Assembly: GCA_051313645.2 (NCBI GenBank)
Contig: JBNRSN020000001.1
Coordinates: 73,346,001 to 73,410,000 of the forward strand
Reading direction: 5' to 3'
From: Centroscyllium fabricii
Taxonomy: Eukaryota
DNA length: 64,000 nucleotides
A model generated the notes under the pieces. The model made no database searches, was not told the origin of the DNA, and saw only the letters and a program-made list of their open reading frames with translations. Shown piece by piece: positions 24,578-36,488 of this stretch; within the stretch, counting starts at the first letter, position 1, and each line of letters begins with the position of its first letter. Both the position numbers and the translations under genes were made by a program.

Positions 24578-24741
24578 ACCTGAGACACAAGTCCATATTT
24601 CTGAATGTTCTCAGCCATTCCTAGTTATTTGATGAAAGTCTGGTTCTAATATGACTGAAACCTGTGAGGTACTTCCCCAGCTATTCAGTAATGGCACTTC
24701 TAACTTTGCTTCCTCCTACTGAACACACAAATCAATGATAG

Positions 24742-25030
24742 TGTGGTAAACCACCATATTGTATAGTGTCTCCCCCTTGTGTCCCCTCCTTGTAATTACT
24801 GTACTGTATGTGCGATTGTGACTCCTTACCTTCTTGTCTGGGAGGACTCGTCTGGGAGGACCCAGCTCTTTGGCTTCCTCTCCAGGCTCCGCCCACAGGG
24901 TATAAAAGTGCCAGCACACCGGAGTGCTTTCACTTTGGCTCGGAAGATCGCCAGACCTGTGTCCAGTTCTAAGTTAATAAAAGCCTCAGTTGCATCGAAC
25001 CATCGACTGGTAGTAATTGATTGTGCATCA
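24742..25030 (+). mobile_element. Solo LTR
   Basis: TGTGGTAAA..TGCATCA ends; TSD GATAG; TATAAAA and AATAAAAGCC. Confidence 0.9.
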
Positions 25031-25212
25031 GATAGCACACCAGTAAGTGTTCCATTGTTGAAAGTGTAATACCACACAAAACTTCACTGGTGTTTAGTAC
25101 AACACAGATCTGATGGTATTTGGGTCAGTGATTACAGATTTACTTTAAACACAGACTGCAAAGCTTTCCAATCAATTAATTTTCATTAAAAACATTAAAT
25201 TGATGCGCTCAC

Positions 25213-25358
25213 CTTGTAGAAGAAATACTGGACGAGTTGGGCGATTCGAATGTAATAATAATGGCCATGGACAAGTAGCAACTTCTTGAGATGTTTAAAC
25301 TTGGGAATACAATAATCGCTGTTTCGTGCAGCTTGACGACCTTCCTTCCCCAAAATAC
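25213..25358 (-). CDS. ATP11A: ATP11A internal exon (146 bp), [48 protein letters not shown]
   Basis: [14 protein letters not shown] and YFFYK motifs; ctccag and gtgagc splice sites; phase 1 to 0. Confidence 0.96.
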
Positions 25359-25512
25359 CTGGAGAAACAAAACCTAAGGTGGGCAAAGACTCAAAGAATG
25401 ACAGCAGTCACACCGATAAAAGGGGAATTTGAAAAATGTGCTTTTTACTTTGCTCTGTTTATATCAATATATCCCCCTCACTGTCCCTTGGCTCGGTTTA
25501 TATGAGTATATC

Positions 25513-25772
25513 ATAATAATAAAAATAATAATTCAACTTTATTGTCATTATACAATGTACAAGTACATGAACAACGAAATGGGATCTTGCAAGCTCCCAA
25601 GAGTCCAGCAAAGCCGCTGCGTCTGTGCGCGCCGCCATTCCATCTTTCCATCATTCCGACAATCTTCAGCCAACCGCCCCTCCCCGGGGCTCCTTTCGTG
25701 ACCTTCTGCACCTGGTATTCCCTGGTGGTCACCCTTCCAAGTACTAACCAGGCCTGGCTCTGCTTAGCTTCC
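25513..25772 (-). mobile_element. 5S rRNA-derived SINE-like element with a Rex1-like tail
   Basis: 25701-25772 matches the 3' part of 5S rRNA (GAAGCTAAGCAG..GGCCTGGTTAGTACTTGGA..GGGAATACC); the tail resembles 34241-34300. Confidence 0.72.
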
Positions 25773-26614
25773 AAGCCTTGCCAGTGACCCTGTCCCTAGT
25801 CCCAGGAACAGGGCTTTTAGGTAGGTACGCTGGGCTAAGGTCAGAGTCAGAGCAGAACCTCTGTCTGCCCGCGACCTGCGACGCTGACCTTGCTGGAATT
25901 CACAGGGTTACATATATTTAGGCAGCCGAAGAGTGTAAAATGTGAGAAATACTCTGCTAAGAAGTGAGGAAACTTGTTGTTACAGGATTCAAGAGCAAAA
26001 GCTCCCCCAAGGGCCAGCAGATGAGTAATTTATCTTCCAGCATTGGTCAGCATGTTGTATTCTATTGGATATTTACCTTTCTGTTTCTACAAGAAGATAT
26101 TGAGAAGGCGCAGAATTTTCCAGGTGCGAGTGACTTCATGGCAGCCTCTTCAACAAGTGTCAGATGCGCCAGATCATTCTCGGCCACCAAAACAGCTAGC
26201 GCACAGAATTCAGAATTACTCGGACGCTGACCAAAAGGTATTGTGGAGCTGGGTGAGGACACGCAGGGAAAGATCGCTGGATCACACACGGGAAGAAACC
26301 AGTGAAAGGCGGTGTGGGAGGAGGTGCCAATGCCAAGTGAGGAAGTGATGTTTCATCAGCGAGGAACAGAGTCTTGGTTAGACCCCATCTGGAGTACGGT
26401 GTCCAATTCTGGGCACTGCATCTCAGGAAAAATATATTGGTCTTGGAGTGGGTGGTTGGAGATTCAGTATGACACCAGGACTCGAAGGGTTAAATTCGAA
26501 GAACAAGTTGCATTAACTTGGTTTATATTCCGTTGAGTTTGAAGGGTAATCTAATAGAGGTCTTTAAAAAGATGAGGCGATTTGATGGGGTAGAGTCTAT
26601 TTCTTCTGGTTGGG

Positions 26615-26647
<33 letters not shown>

Positions 26648-26727
26648 GTCCAGAACAATGGGGCATGACCTTAAAATTAGAGCCAGGCCGTTCAGGGGTA
26701 ATGTCAGGAAGCACTTCTTCACACAAA

Positions 26728-27222
26728 GGGGGAGGCGGTGGCGTAGTGGTTATGTCACTAGACTAGTAAGCCAGAGGCTCAGTCAAATGCTCTGAGGATA
26801 TGGGTGCAAATCCCACCACGGCAGCTGATGGAATTTAAATTCAATTCAATTTAATTCTGGAATTAAATGTTAGTCTTAGTAATGGCGACCATGATACCAT
26901 TGTCGATTGTTGCAAAAACCCATCTGGTTCACTAATGTCCTTTAGGGAAGGAAATCTGCCGTCCTTACCTGGTCTGGCCTACATGCGACTCCAGACCCAC
27001 AGCAATGTGGTTGACTCTTAATGCCCTCTGAAATGGCCCAGCGAGCCACTCAGTTGTAAAACAACCGCTACGCAACATTGTGGCTGTACCTACACCGCAT
27101 GGACTGCAGCGGTTCAAGAAGGCAGCTCACCACCATCTTCTCAAGGGCAATTAGGGATGGGCACTAAAATGCAGGCCTAGCCAGCCAGCAACTCCCACAT
27201 CCCATCAACGAATAAAAAAAAA
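26728..27222 (+). mobile_element. Second tRNA-derived SINE family, sharing its tail with the 11413 LINE
   Basis: TGGCGTAGTGG A box, B-box-like GGTGCAAATCC, and tail GCAGCGGTTCAAGAAGGC..AAGGGCAATTAGGGATGGGC. Confidence 0.8.
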
Positions 27223-28043
27223 GAAAAAATCTGGAACTCCCTCCCCCAAAAGGCTGTCGGGGGGGGGGGGGGGTCAACTGAAATTTTCAATTCTGAGATC
27301 AATAGATTTCTGTTAGGTAAGGGTATTAAGGGATATGAAGAAAAGGTGGGTTAAATAGAGTTGAGGTACATTTCAGCCATAATGGCCAAAACAGGATTGA
27401 GGGGCTGAATGGCCTCCTCCTGTTCCGATGTCTGCTGGCACCTGGGAAATTCCTTTACCTAATGTGGTTACTCTTGTTCCAGGAGAAAACGGCACACAAC
27501 TCCCAGGAGAGATGGTTGGGAGGGAGAAAAAAAAAAGAGGACTTTTCCATTCCCCACTGGATTTAATTCTCATGGATCCTGATCTGAAAGAAGGATTTTT
27601 GATAAACACCACACGAGGTCCATCTGCCTGAACGTGCAGATGGTAGGCACCATGTGGAGTCCACTGCCCTCATACAAGGTGACACCAGGACAGCATTTTC
27701 CTCATTGCAGAGATCAATGGAGCAGGTGGAAACTTCATTGTAATTTGGGACCAGTGTTCACCATCTCAACCGCAGAAGCACATTGTCGCCCTCAAGGCCT
27801 TGGGCGTAGAGGGAGAGGCCCGCATTCTGCCCCTTCAGCGACCATGGGCCGGGTTACAGAAGACACTCCTGAGGTTCTCAGGACGGCTGGGGCTCTTGCC
27901 GAGGAACAACCACCCTAACCCTGGGCTCAGTACCAGTGCTGCTGCGCTCTCAGGTTAGCAGCACGTACCAGGCCCCCACCCTGAGTCTGGGTCCAGTACC
28001 AGTGACATGGCTGGAGGTGATGAGCAAGATCCAGCAATCTCTC

Positions 28044-31000
28044 TGACGTATCGTCAATAGTCTAATAAAACTAAAGACGCGTAGTTACCTTAACTAAAGG
28101 CTTTTATTAGCTTACAAAGGAGCTACGCTCCGATCGAACATCAGGTACAGAATGAATGGGGGCAGGTCAGGCCCCACCTATAAAGCACTCACCTGAGGGG
28201 ACGAGTTAGAGGTGTGGCTGACCTGACCCCGTGACAGTGTCGCAATACAGAACAGTTGTATCATGCACCCGGGTGCTATACATACACTGTAATATTGATA
28301 ACAATATTAAGGTGGTAATGAGAGTACATATAACGGTTATCACATTCACCCCTTCTTTGAAAATTAAGTCCGGCGGGGTGAATGGACCGAGCAGTTCAGG
28401 ATGAGTTTATCCGGTGGTCGCGTCTGTCTGGAGGACCGCCGGGTCTCTGTTAGCGGTTCTGGTGCCTGCAGTGTCGGCACCGGTGTCGGTGGTGGCGGCG
28501 GCGCTGGTGCCGGTACTGTAGGTGCTGGTGGTGGCGGTGGGGCCGAGCCCTGTGGTTGCTGCTGTGCCTGCGGCTGGTCGTCTGCTTCCTGGTCCTCAGC
28601 TGGCAATGGCGGGGGCTGTGATGCGTATGGTAGTAGTCGAGATGTAGTGGCTGGAGGTGGCCGAAATGCAGTGGCTGGACGTGCTGGGGCCCGACCAAGG
28701 GTTCTGCTGTGGTGCTCCTGGCGGGTGCAAGGTCCCTGATGGAGACGGTGTCCTCGCGCCCGTCCGGGAACTGCACGTACGCGTACTGCGGGTTGGCGTG
28801 CAGCAGCTGCACCTTGTCTACCAGGGGGTCGGTCTTATGGCCGCGGACGTGCTTTCTAAGCAAGACCGGCCCCGGCATCGTGAGCCATGGTGGGAGGGCT
28901 GTCCCCAAAGTCGACTTCCTGGGGAAGGAAAAGAGTAAATCGTGAGGTGTGGCGTTGGTGGCCATACACAACAGAGAGCGGATCGAGTGCAGCGCGTCTG
29001 GGAGGACTGCCTGCCAACGGGACACTGGAAGGCCTCTGGACTTCAGAGCCAGGCTGACCGCCTTCCAGATGATCCTGTTCTCCCTTTCTACCTGGCTGTT
29101 CCCCCGGGGGTTGTAACTGGTCGTTCTGCTCGAGGCAACCCCTTTCTGGAGCAGAAACTGACGCAGTTCGTCGCTCATGAACGACGACCCCCGGTCGCTA
29201 TGGATGTAGCTGGGGAGACCGAAAATGGCGAACAGCATGGTGAAGTGTTTGATCACCGTTGCGCTCATCATATCTGGGCAGAGGAAGGCGAAGGGGAAGC
29301 GGGAGAACTCGTCTACTACCGTGAGGAAGTACGAGTTGCGGTCGGTGGAGGGGAGGGGGCCTTTGAAGTCCACGCTTAAACGTTCAAAGGGGCGGGTGGC
29401 CTTAATGAGGTGCGCCGTGTCTGGCCTGAAAAATTGGGGTTTGCACTCGGCGCAAACAGGGCACTCTCGGGTCATAGCCTTGATCTCTGTGATGGAGTAG
29501 GGGAGGCTACGGGATTTAACGAAGTGGGCAAGTCTGGTGACACCCGGGTGGCAGAGGCGATCGTGGAGGTCCTTCAGCCGGTCTAGCTGGGCACTGGCGC
29601 ACGTTCCCCTGGACAGCACGTCCGGGGGTTCATTGAGTTTGCCTGGTCGGTAAAGAATGTCGTACTCGTAAGTCGAGAGTTCGATCCGCCACCGCAGGAT
29701 ATTATCATTCTTGATTTTACCCTTTTGTTTATTATTAAACATAAACGCGACCGACCGTTGGTCGGTGAGCAGGGTAAAACGCTTACCGGCCAGGTAATGA
29801 CGCCAGTAGCGCACGGCCTCCACGATGGCCTGGGCCTCCTTTTCCACTGCAGAGTGGCGAATTTCGGGTCCCTGTAGGGTGCGGGAGAAAAACGCAACGG
29901 GCCTGCCTGCCTGATTCAGGGTGGCGGCAAGGGCAAAGTCCGAAGCGTCACTCTCCACCTGGAAAGGGATGGACTCATCAACGGCGTGCATGGTCGCCTT
30001 GATAATATCTTCCTTGATCCGGGCGAATGCCGTTTGGGCTTCTACCGAGAGGGGGAAGACGGCAGCCTTAAGGAGCGGTCTGGCCTTATCCACGAACTGG
30101 GGAACCCATTGCGCGTAATAGGAGAAAAATCCCAGACATCTCTTCAGGGCTTTGGGGTTGTGAGGAAGGGGCAGTTCCTGCAAGGGGCGCATACGCTGTG
30201 GGTCTGGGCCGAGGACCCCGTTTTCCACCACGTATCCGAGGATGGTGAGCCGATCTGTACTAAAGACGCACTTATCTTTATTGTATGTGAGATCAAGCCG
30301 TTTCGCCGTGTGGAGAAATTGGCCAGGTTGGCATCGTGGTCCTGCTGGTCATGGCCGCAGATGGTCACGTTGTCCAGGTAGGGGAAGGTGGCCTGCAACC
30401 CGTTCTGGTCAACCATGCGGTCCATCTCCCTCTGGAATACCGACACTCCGTTGGTCACGCCGAAGGGGACCCGGAGGAAGTGGTAGAGCCGACCGTTCGC
30501 CTCGAAGGCGGTGTACGGGCGGTCGGCTTTCCGGATCGGGAGTTGGTGATATGCCGACTTAAGGTCGGTTGTGGAGAACACCTTGTACTGGGCGATCTGG
30601 TTAACCATTTCCGAGCTGCGGGGGAGGGGGTAGGCGTCGAGCCCGGTGTAGCGGTTAATGGTCTGGCTGTAGTCGCTCACCATCTGCTGTTTTTCGCCAG
30701 TCTTAACCACTGCGACCTGGGCCCGCCAGGGGCTGGTGCTGGCTTCAATTATCCCCTCCTTCAGCATACGCCCGACCTCCGACCTGATAAATGTCCGATC
30801 ACCTGCACTGTAACGCCGACTCTTGGTAGCAATGGGCTTGCATTTGGGGTCGAGGTTGGCGAACAGTGAGGGGGGGTCGACTTTCAGGGTGGAAAGGCCG
30901 CAAGTCGGGCTCCGCTTTAGGAAGGGATTGTCCCGGCTACTGACGGTGAGGGGGGACAGGGTCCCGCCGAACTCCATTGTCACGCTCTTAAGGTGGCACT

Positions 31001-33008
31001 GGAAATCCAGTCCCAGTAAGACCGGGGAGCTCAACTGCTTGAGTATGTACAATTTAAAATTACGGTACACGCAGCCCTCAACTGTGAGCGTGACGGAGCA
31101 GTAGCCGGTGACGTCCGCGGTGTGGGACTGTGAAGCAAGGGAGACTTGATAGCGCGTGGGCAGAATCTGCAGTCCGTAGAGCTGTGCTGTATCGGGGTGG
31201 ATGAAGCTCTCTGTGCTTCCTGTGTCGAACAGGCAGTTAGTGGCATGGCCGTTAACTTTAATCCCCATCACGGAATTTGATAGGGTGTGCGGCCTAGCCT
31301 GATCGACTTTCAGGGTGGCAGAGGCCGAAGTGTGTGTCTGGGAGCCCTCCGTTGGCCGGGGCCGTGCACAAGATGGCGGCGCCCGTGGTTCGCACATGGC
31401 TGGCCGCTGAAGACAAGATGGCGGCGCCGGGGGGTCGCACATGGCTGGCCGCTGAAGACAAGATGGCGGCACTGGGGGTCGCACATGGCTGGCCGCTGAA
31501 GACAAGATGGCGGCGCCGGGGAGTCGCACATGGCTGGCCGCTGAAGACAAGATGGTGGCGCCGGGGGGTTGCCCACGGCGGGTCGCTGTGGACGCGGTGG
31601 CGGTGCCCGTGGTTCGCTCGCAGCGAGCCGCGGTGGCTGGGTTGGTGGTGCCCGTGATTCGCACACAGCGAGCCTCGGTGGTTGGGTTGGCGGTGCCCGT
31701 GATTCGCACGCAGCGGGCCGCGCTGGGCTGGATGCCGGCGTTGGGGGTGTCGCTCATAGCCGGTCGTGGCTGAGTTTGGCGTGCCGTGGGCATCAGGGTG
31801 GGGGACGGGGGCGCTTGTACTCTACCCCCGGACCGTCGCTGTATTGCACTGCAGCTGCAGCTTACCTGAGGCCAAGGGCCAGTGTTGGAGCTTTCGCAGC
31901 CCGCGCTGTTGTACCTGGAGCTGGACGCCGGGGCCGATTTGCAGGCCTTGGCGTAGTGTCCCTTTTTCAAGCACCTCTCTCAGGTCGCGGTCCTCACGGG
32001 GCATTTTGCCCGTGGGTGTAGTCCCTGGCCGCAGAAGTAACATCTCTTCCCCGCCGGCGTCTTCGCAGCTGCCGCTGCCGTTGTGGGGGTCTCGACCCGT
32101 TGTGGGGTTGCCCAGGAGTCGAAGGTAGCGTGTGGGTTTGGGCCACCGTACGTCTGTAGCTTGCGGCGTGCGCCCTCCACGGCGTTGGAGACGGAGATCG
32201 CCTCGTCTAGAGTTAAGGTGTCCTTTTCCAGCAGCCGCTGGCGGGCCTCTGCGGACTTGAGTCCGGTTACATAGGCGTCCCGGACGAGGAGGTTTGCCTC
32301 CTCATGTGCCGTCCGTGGTTGGCAGTCACAGGCCCGGACGAGAGCTTGGAGCGCCAGCAGGAACTGTTCGTTAGACTCACTTGATAGTTGTGGTCTGGTC
32401 GCGAGCTCATGTCTGGCGTAGACAGAGTGGACCGGGTGCTCGTAGCATTTCTTCAATTTCTCCACGGCTGCGGTGTACGTCGTAGCGTCGCGGATGAAGG
32501 AGAAAACCCGGCTGGAGATCCTGGACCGGAGAACATGTAGTTTGTTCGCATCAGTTGTAGCCTTGGCGGCGTCCATGTAGGCCTCGACGAGGCCGAACCA
32601 GTGTTCGAAGGTGTTGGCGGCGGCTGGGTCCTGTGGACTAATGTCCAGCTTCTCGGGTTTTACAGCGCCGCTCTCCATTTCAAAATTCTAAGCTAATAAA
32701 ATTGACGTATCGTCAATAGTCTAATAAAACTAAAGACGCGTAGTTACCTTAACTAAAGGCTTTTATTAGCTTACAAAGGAGCTACGCTCCGATCGAACAT
32801 CAGGTACAGAATGAATGGGGGCAGGTCAGGCCCCACCTATAAAGCACTCACCTGAGGGGAGGAGTTAGAGGTGTGGCTGACCTGACCCCGCGACAGTGTC
32901 GCAATACAGAATAGTTGTATCATGCACCCGGCCGCTATACATACACTGTAATATTGGTAACAATATTAAGGTGGTAATAAGAGTTCATATAACGGTCACC
33001 TTACCACA
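28044..33008 (-). mobile_element. Full-length Gypsy (Ty3/Metaviridae) LTR retrotransposon, disabled
   Basis: LTRs 32703-33008 (5') and 28044-28344 (3') with TG..CA ends. TSD CTCTC at 28039-28043 and 33009-33013. PPT AAAGAAGGGGTGAA next to the 3' LTR. Domain order gag-PR-RT-RNaseH-IN. Confidence 0.96.
28364..32678 (-). pseudogene. Gypsy gag-pol: CCHC-type knuckles, protease (LFDTGS), RT (YLDN), RNase H (SDASD), integrase (HHCC and DDE, GPY/F-like tail)
   Basis: ORFs 31980-32678, 30144-31970 and 28450-30231. A TGC-to-TGA stop at 31980-31982 and a frameshift near 30310 are inferred by comparison with the 60281 element. Confidence 0.92.
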
Positions 33009-33092
33009 CTCTCATCCAGGGATTCCAGTTCTAATCTTCTTTGATCAACAAAGTGTGCAAAGCACAGCAAAGATCTACAGTGCGAAGGACCC

Positions 33093-33503
33093 ATAGAAGA
33101 TAGAAACATAGAAACTAGGAGCAGGAGTAGGCCATTCGGCCCTTCGAGCCTGCTCCACCATTCAATGAGATCATGGCTGATCATCTAAACCCAGTACCCT
33201 GTCCCTGCTGTCTCCCCATATCCCTCGATCCCTATCGAGCCTGCACTGACACATATCCCACCCTATCCCCGTAACCCCACATATTCAATCCCCCCCAACA
33301 CTAAGGGTCAATTTATCATGGCCAATCAACCTAACCCGCACATCTTTGGACTGTGGGTGGAAACCGGAGCACCCGGAGGAAACCCACGCAGACACGGGGA
33401 GAATGTGCAAACTCCACACAGATAGTCACCCGAAGCTGGATTTGAACCCGGGCCCCTGGCGCTGTGAGGCAACAGTGCTAACCACTATGCCACCGTGCCG
33501 CCC
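33093..33503 (-). mobile_element. HE1-like V-SINE
   Basis: Full structure, reverse strand. Confidence 0.88.
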
Positions 33504-34240
33504 ACACTAGGGCCCTTCTGGAATTCCCTCCCTAAACCTCTCCACCGCTCTTTCCTCCTTTAAGACGCTCCTTAAAACCTACCTCTTTGACCAAGCTTTT
33601 AGCCATCTGCCCTAATATTTCCTGATGTGGCTCGGTATCAAATTTTGGTTGATAATATTCCTGTGAAATGCCTTGGGGCATTTCACTATGTCAAAAGTGC
33701 TATTTAAATACAAGTTGATGTTGCTCACTACAGAATGATCAGCTATTGAGGATTGTCTTGGTGTAGTCATGAGCCATGGGAACAAAAAGTGCATCGTCAC
33801 CCAGAATCCATCTGGGGCCTGACCGTGTGCTCTGAATAGAGCTAGGATCTATCTGACGCATTGTGACAACTCCCAGAAAATCTGGCATTCCAATGGAACT
33901 ATTGCTGCTCATCATTTGAACATTGAGAGAGTGGAATTCTGTTGTACAGTATCCAGGAAATTGAATGGGTTCACAGCAGAGACCCACAATGCAACCAGAG
34001 TCCCAGAAATTACTCCTGAACTCTGGGGAAACCAGCAACATAATGGAACTAAATATCCCTGTCACACTGCTGCTGTGATGTCATAACTTAATGGGTTTCC
34101 TATAGATGGAATCTGTGACCTTGAGAATGCAGGAACAGACATGCCCCTCACTGCAGCCTGGAATGAGTCAGTGGCATAAAAGTACGAATTTTAATCAACA
34201 CTGGCACTTGATCCCAGCTGCAGGACTGGGTGCAGAACCT

Positions 34241-34590
34241 AATTCAATTCAATTCAAGTTTTATTGTCATTGCAGAGTACTAGTACAATACAACGAGAGG
34301 AAGACTCGACGCTCCCGAGAGTAGTGCAAATAAATTACATGCAAATTGCATACAGTAAAGTACATTTTCAGGTGTGCAGGTACCGGAGTTTATTTTTAGA
34401 GTTCAGGAGGCGGACAGCCCTGGGGAAGAAGCTGTTCTTAAATCTAGACGTGCGGGTGCGAATTGATCTGTAGCGTCTCCCGGAGGGCAGGGGGGTGAAC
34501 AGACTGTGGCTGGGGTGTGTGGGGTCTTTAATAATGTTCAGAGACCTCCGTAGGCAGCGTTTGAGGTAGATGCTTTCCATTGACGGTAGC
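34241..34590 (-). mobile_element. Rex1/Babar LINE 3' end
   Basis: IIKDPTHPSHSLFTPLPSGRRYRSIRTRTSRFKNSFFPRAVRLLN; AATAAA plus (TTGAA)n tail. Confidence 0.82.
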
Positions 34591-34659
34591 TGGACACAAG
34601 CAGGACTTCCGTACTGAATCTAAATCTGCTAAGATACATCTCCAGATATGCTTGTGTAA

Positions 34660-35170
34660 GATAGCAAAATACTGCAAATGCTGGAAATCCGAAATAACAA
34701 CAGAAAATGCTGAAAAAACTCAGCAGGCCAGGCAACATCCGTGGAGAGAAATATAGAGTCGACATTTCGGGTTCGAACCCTGACTAAAGCTGGGGAATGA
34801 AACCGGTGAGAAGGCCGGGGGAGCTGGGAGGGAACAAAATGGAAGAGAAAACAAAAAAAAGAGAGCCAAAGAGAAAAGACATTAAGAGGTTTTCAAAATG
34901 AGCCGAGATGCTGATGGGGCTGTGGACAGGAGACAGCTCCAGATTAGGTGTGAAAAGCACGGGCAGAATGGGAGGCGGCTGCCACCAGAGAGAGAGAAAA
35001 AAAGGCCAAATAAAAGGTGTGGATAAAAAGAGGTAAAAATGTAATGGGGGCCGAAGTAATGATCTGAAATTGTTGAACTCGATATTGAGTCCGGAGGGCT
35101 GTAAAGTGCCTAATCGGAAGATGAGGTGTTGTTCCTCGAGTTTACGTTGAGCTTCCGAGGAACAATGTAA
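34660..35170 (-). mobile_element. 3' end of a second Penelope family
   Basis: Minus-strand translation near 35057-35170 gives LHCSSEAQRKLEEQHLIFRLGTLQPSGLNIEF (GIY-YIG C-terminus). A degenerate hammerhead stem II plus GAAA lies near 34760-34781. Confidence 0.75.
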
Positions 35171-35444
35171 AACAGCGTTCTGATGACCATGGGTTGTAAA
35201 TTGTGTAAGGGGATTAAAGCAAGGATATCTTCACAGGAAAGAAAATAGTAGAATGTGTGAGAGTCATTCAGCCATATCTGTAATGGTCTGGAATCTTTCA
35301 GCTTGGTCACTTGTGTTTAGGGGATGGGAAGAGTTTATGGCAGCAATAAAACAATTAGAATGGTTCAGTGCCTGTTTGTTTAGTTTATGTTATTCTCTTG
35401 GCATTTGTATGTATCTTTGATGTACTAAGGTAGTACACATGGAA

Positions 35445-35793
35445 TGTAAGAAGTCACACAACACCAGGTTATAGTCCAACAGTTTAATTTTAAATCACAA
35501 GCTTTCAGAGCTTCTGCCCCTTCGTCAGGTGAAAGAGAGACTAACTTAAAGAACGCACATATGGGAGGAAGGGGAATGTAGTGATCAAAGGTGAAATTTG
35601 GTACAGTACAAGAAGTGTGAGGGAACAACTCTTCAGCAGCTCACTCTCATACTGAAACCTGTAGTATGGAAAGACCTGAGCTCTCATACTGGTTTTGTGT
35701 ACTGATGCACCTGATGAAGGAGCTGTGCTCCGAAAGCTTGTGATTTCAAATAAAACTGTTGGACTATAACCTGGTGTTGTGTGACTTCTTACA
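35445..35793. mobile_element. Short Penelope pseudo-LTR inverted pair
   Basis: Inverted ends of about 90 bp, each with a hammerhead core. Confidence 0.8.
35708..35742 (+). ncRNA. Minimal hammerhead ribozyme motif (variant mirror copy at 35495-35532, minus strand)
   Basis: CAC-CTGATGA-A-GGAGC-TGT-GCTCC-GAAA-GCTT-GTG. Confidence 0.72.
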
Positions 35794-36006
35794 ATGGTTT
35801 TATGTAGTATGAAAAGACTTGTGCACTCATACTAGTTGCAGATAGTATGAGGTTCCAATAAAGTTGTGATCCTGCATTACTAAAACTGAGTGTATGTGTA
35901 ATCTGACATTTAAAGTAGAGATTAAAAAAAAGAAAGCAGTCCAACAACACACAATTGCGCGCACAAACTCGTATACCAAATTCTTTGATCATGCCTTTGT
36001 CACCCT

Positions 36007-36276
36007 TGATGCACGATCAATTACTGTGGGTCGGAGAAGGAAAGCAATTGAGGCTTTTATTAACAAAGAACTGGAGTACAGGTCTCGTCACTATCAGGTC
36101 CTGGAATGCCACGAGGTCAGCAGGGCTGCAGCCTTTATACGGCCGTCTGTGGGTGGAGCCAGGAGGCGGAGCCGGCTGAGGCATCCCAGGTATATCTCAG
36201 GTGGGCAAGAGGTAACTATGTACAATACAGAGACTATGTACAATACAGCAGTATTAGTGGTAAACGGTTTACCACA
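36007..36276 (-). mobile_element. Solo LTR
   Basis: Minus strand reads TGTGGTAAA..TGCATCA; TSD ACCCT; TATAAA and AATAAAAGCC. Confidence 0.9.
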
Positions 36277-36488
36277 ACCCTCATCTCCAAAGAAAGCAGA
36301 AAGTAATTTCTTTCCTTAGTAGAAATAGCCCTTCTCCTTGGGCGACTTAACAGAGGCAGCTGTGTTCACTTGTGTATGCGTCAAGGCTGCCGTTTCCAGT
36401 CAGGCTGCCAAACATATTCCCCTCCCTTTCTCTGTGGGTGCCTTTTACTGAGCGGCTTTTTGACACTCAATGCCATTTTTGATGTAAT

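Noticed and set aside
25701-25772. Functional 5S rRNA gene
   Set aside because: It lacks the first 45 or so nt and the oligo-T terminator, and has several substitutions.
25964-26348. Short plus-strand ORFs with an exon-like AG..GT segment
   Set aside because: No recognisable protein motif and no partner exons.
26617-26646. Run of about 30 G residues, a possible G-quadruplex
   Set aside because: A homopolymer inside a decayed CR1; its length is unreliable and there is no evidence of function.
31980-31982. Possible programmed stop-codon read-through between gag and pol
   Set aside because: The sister element has TGC (Cys of the zinc knuckle) at this position, so this is a nonsense mutation.
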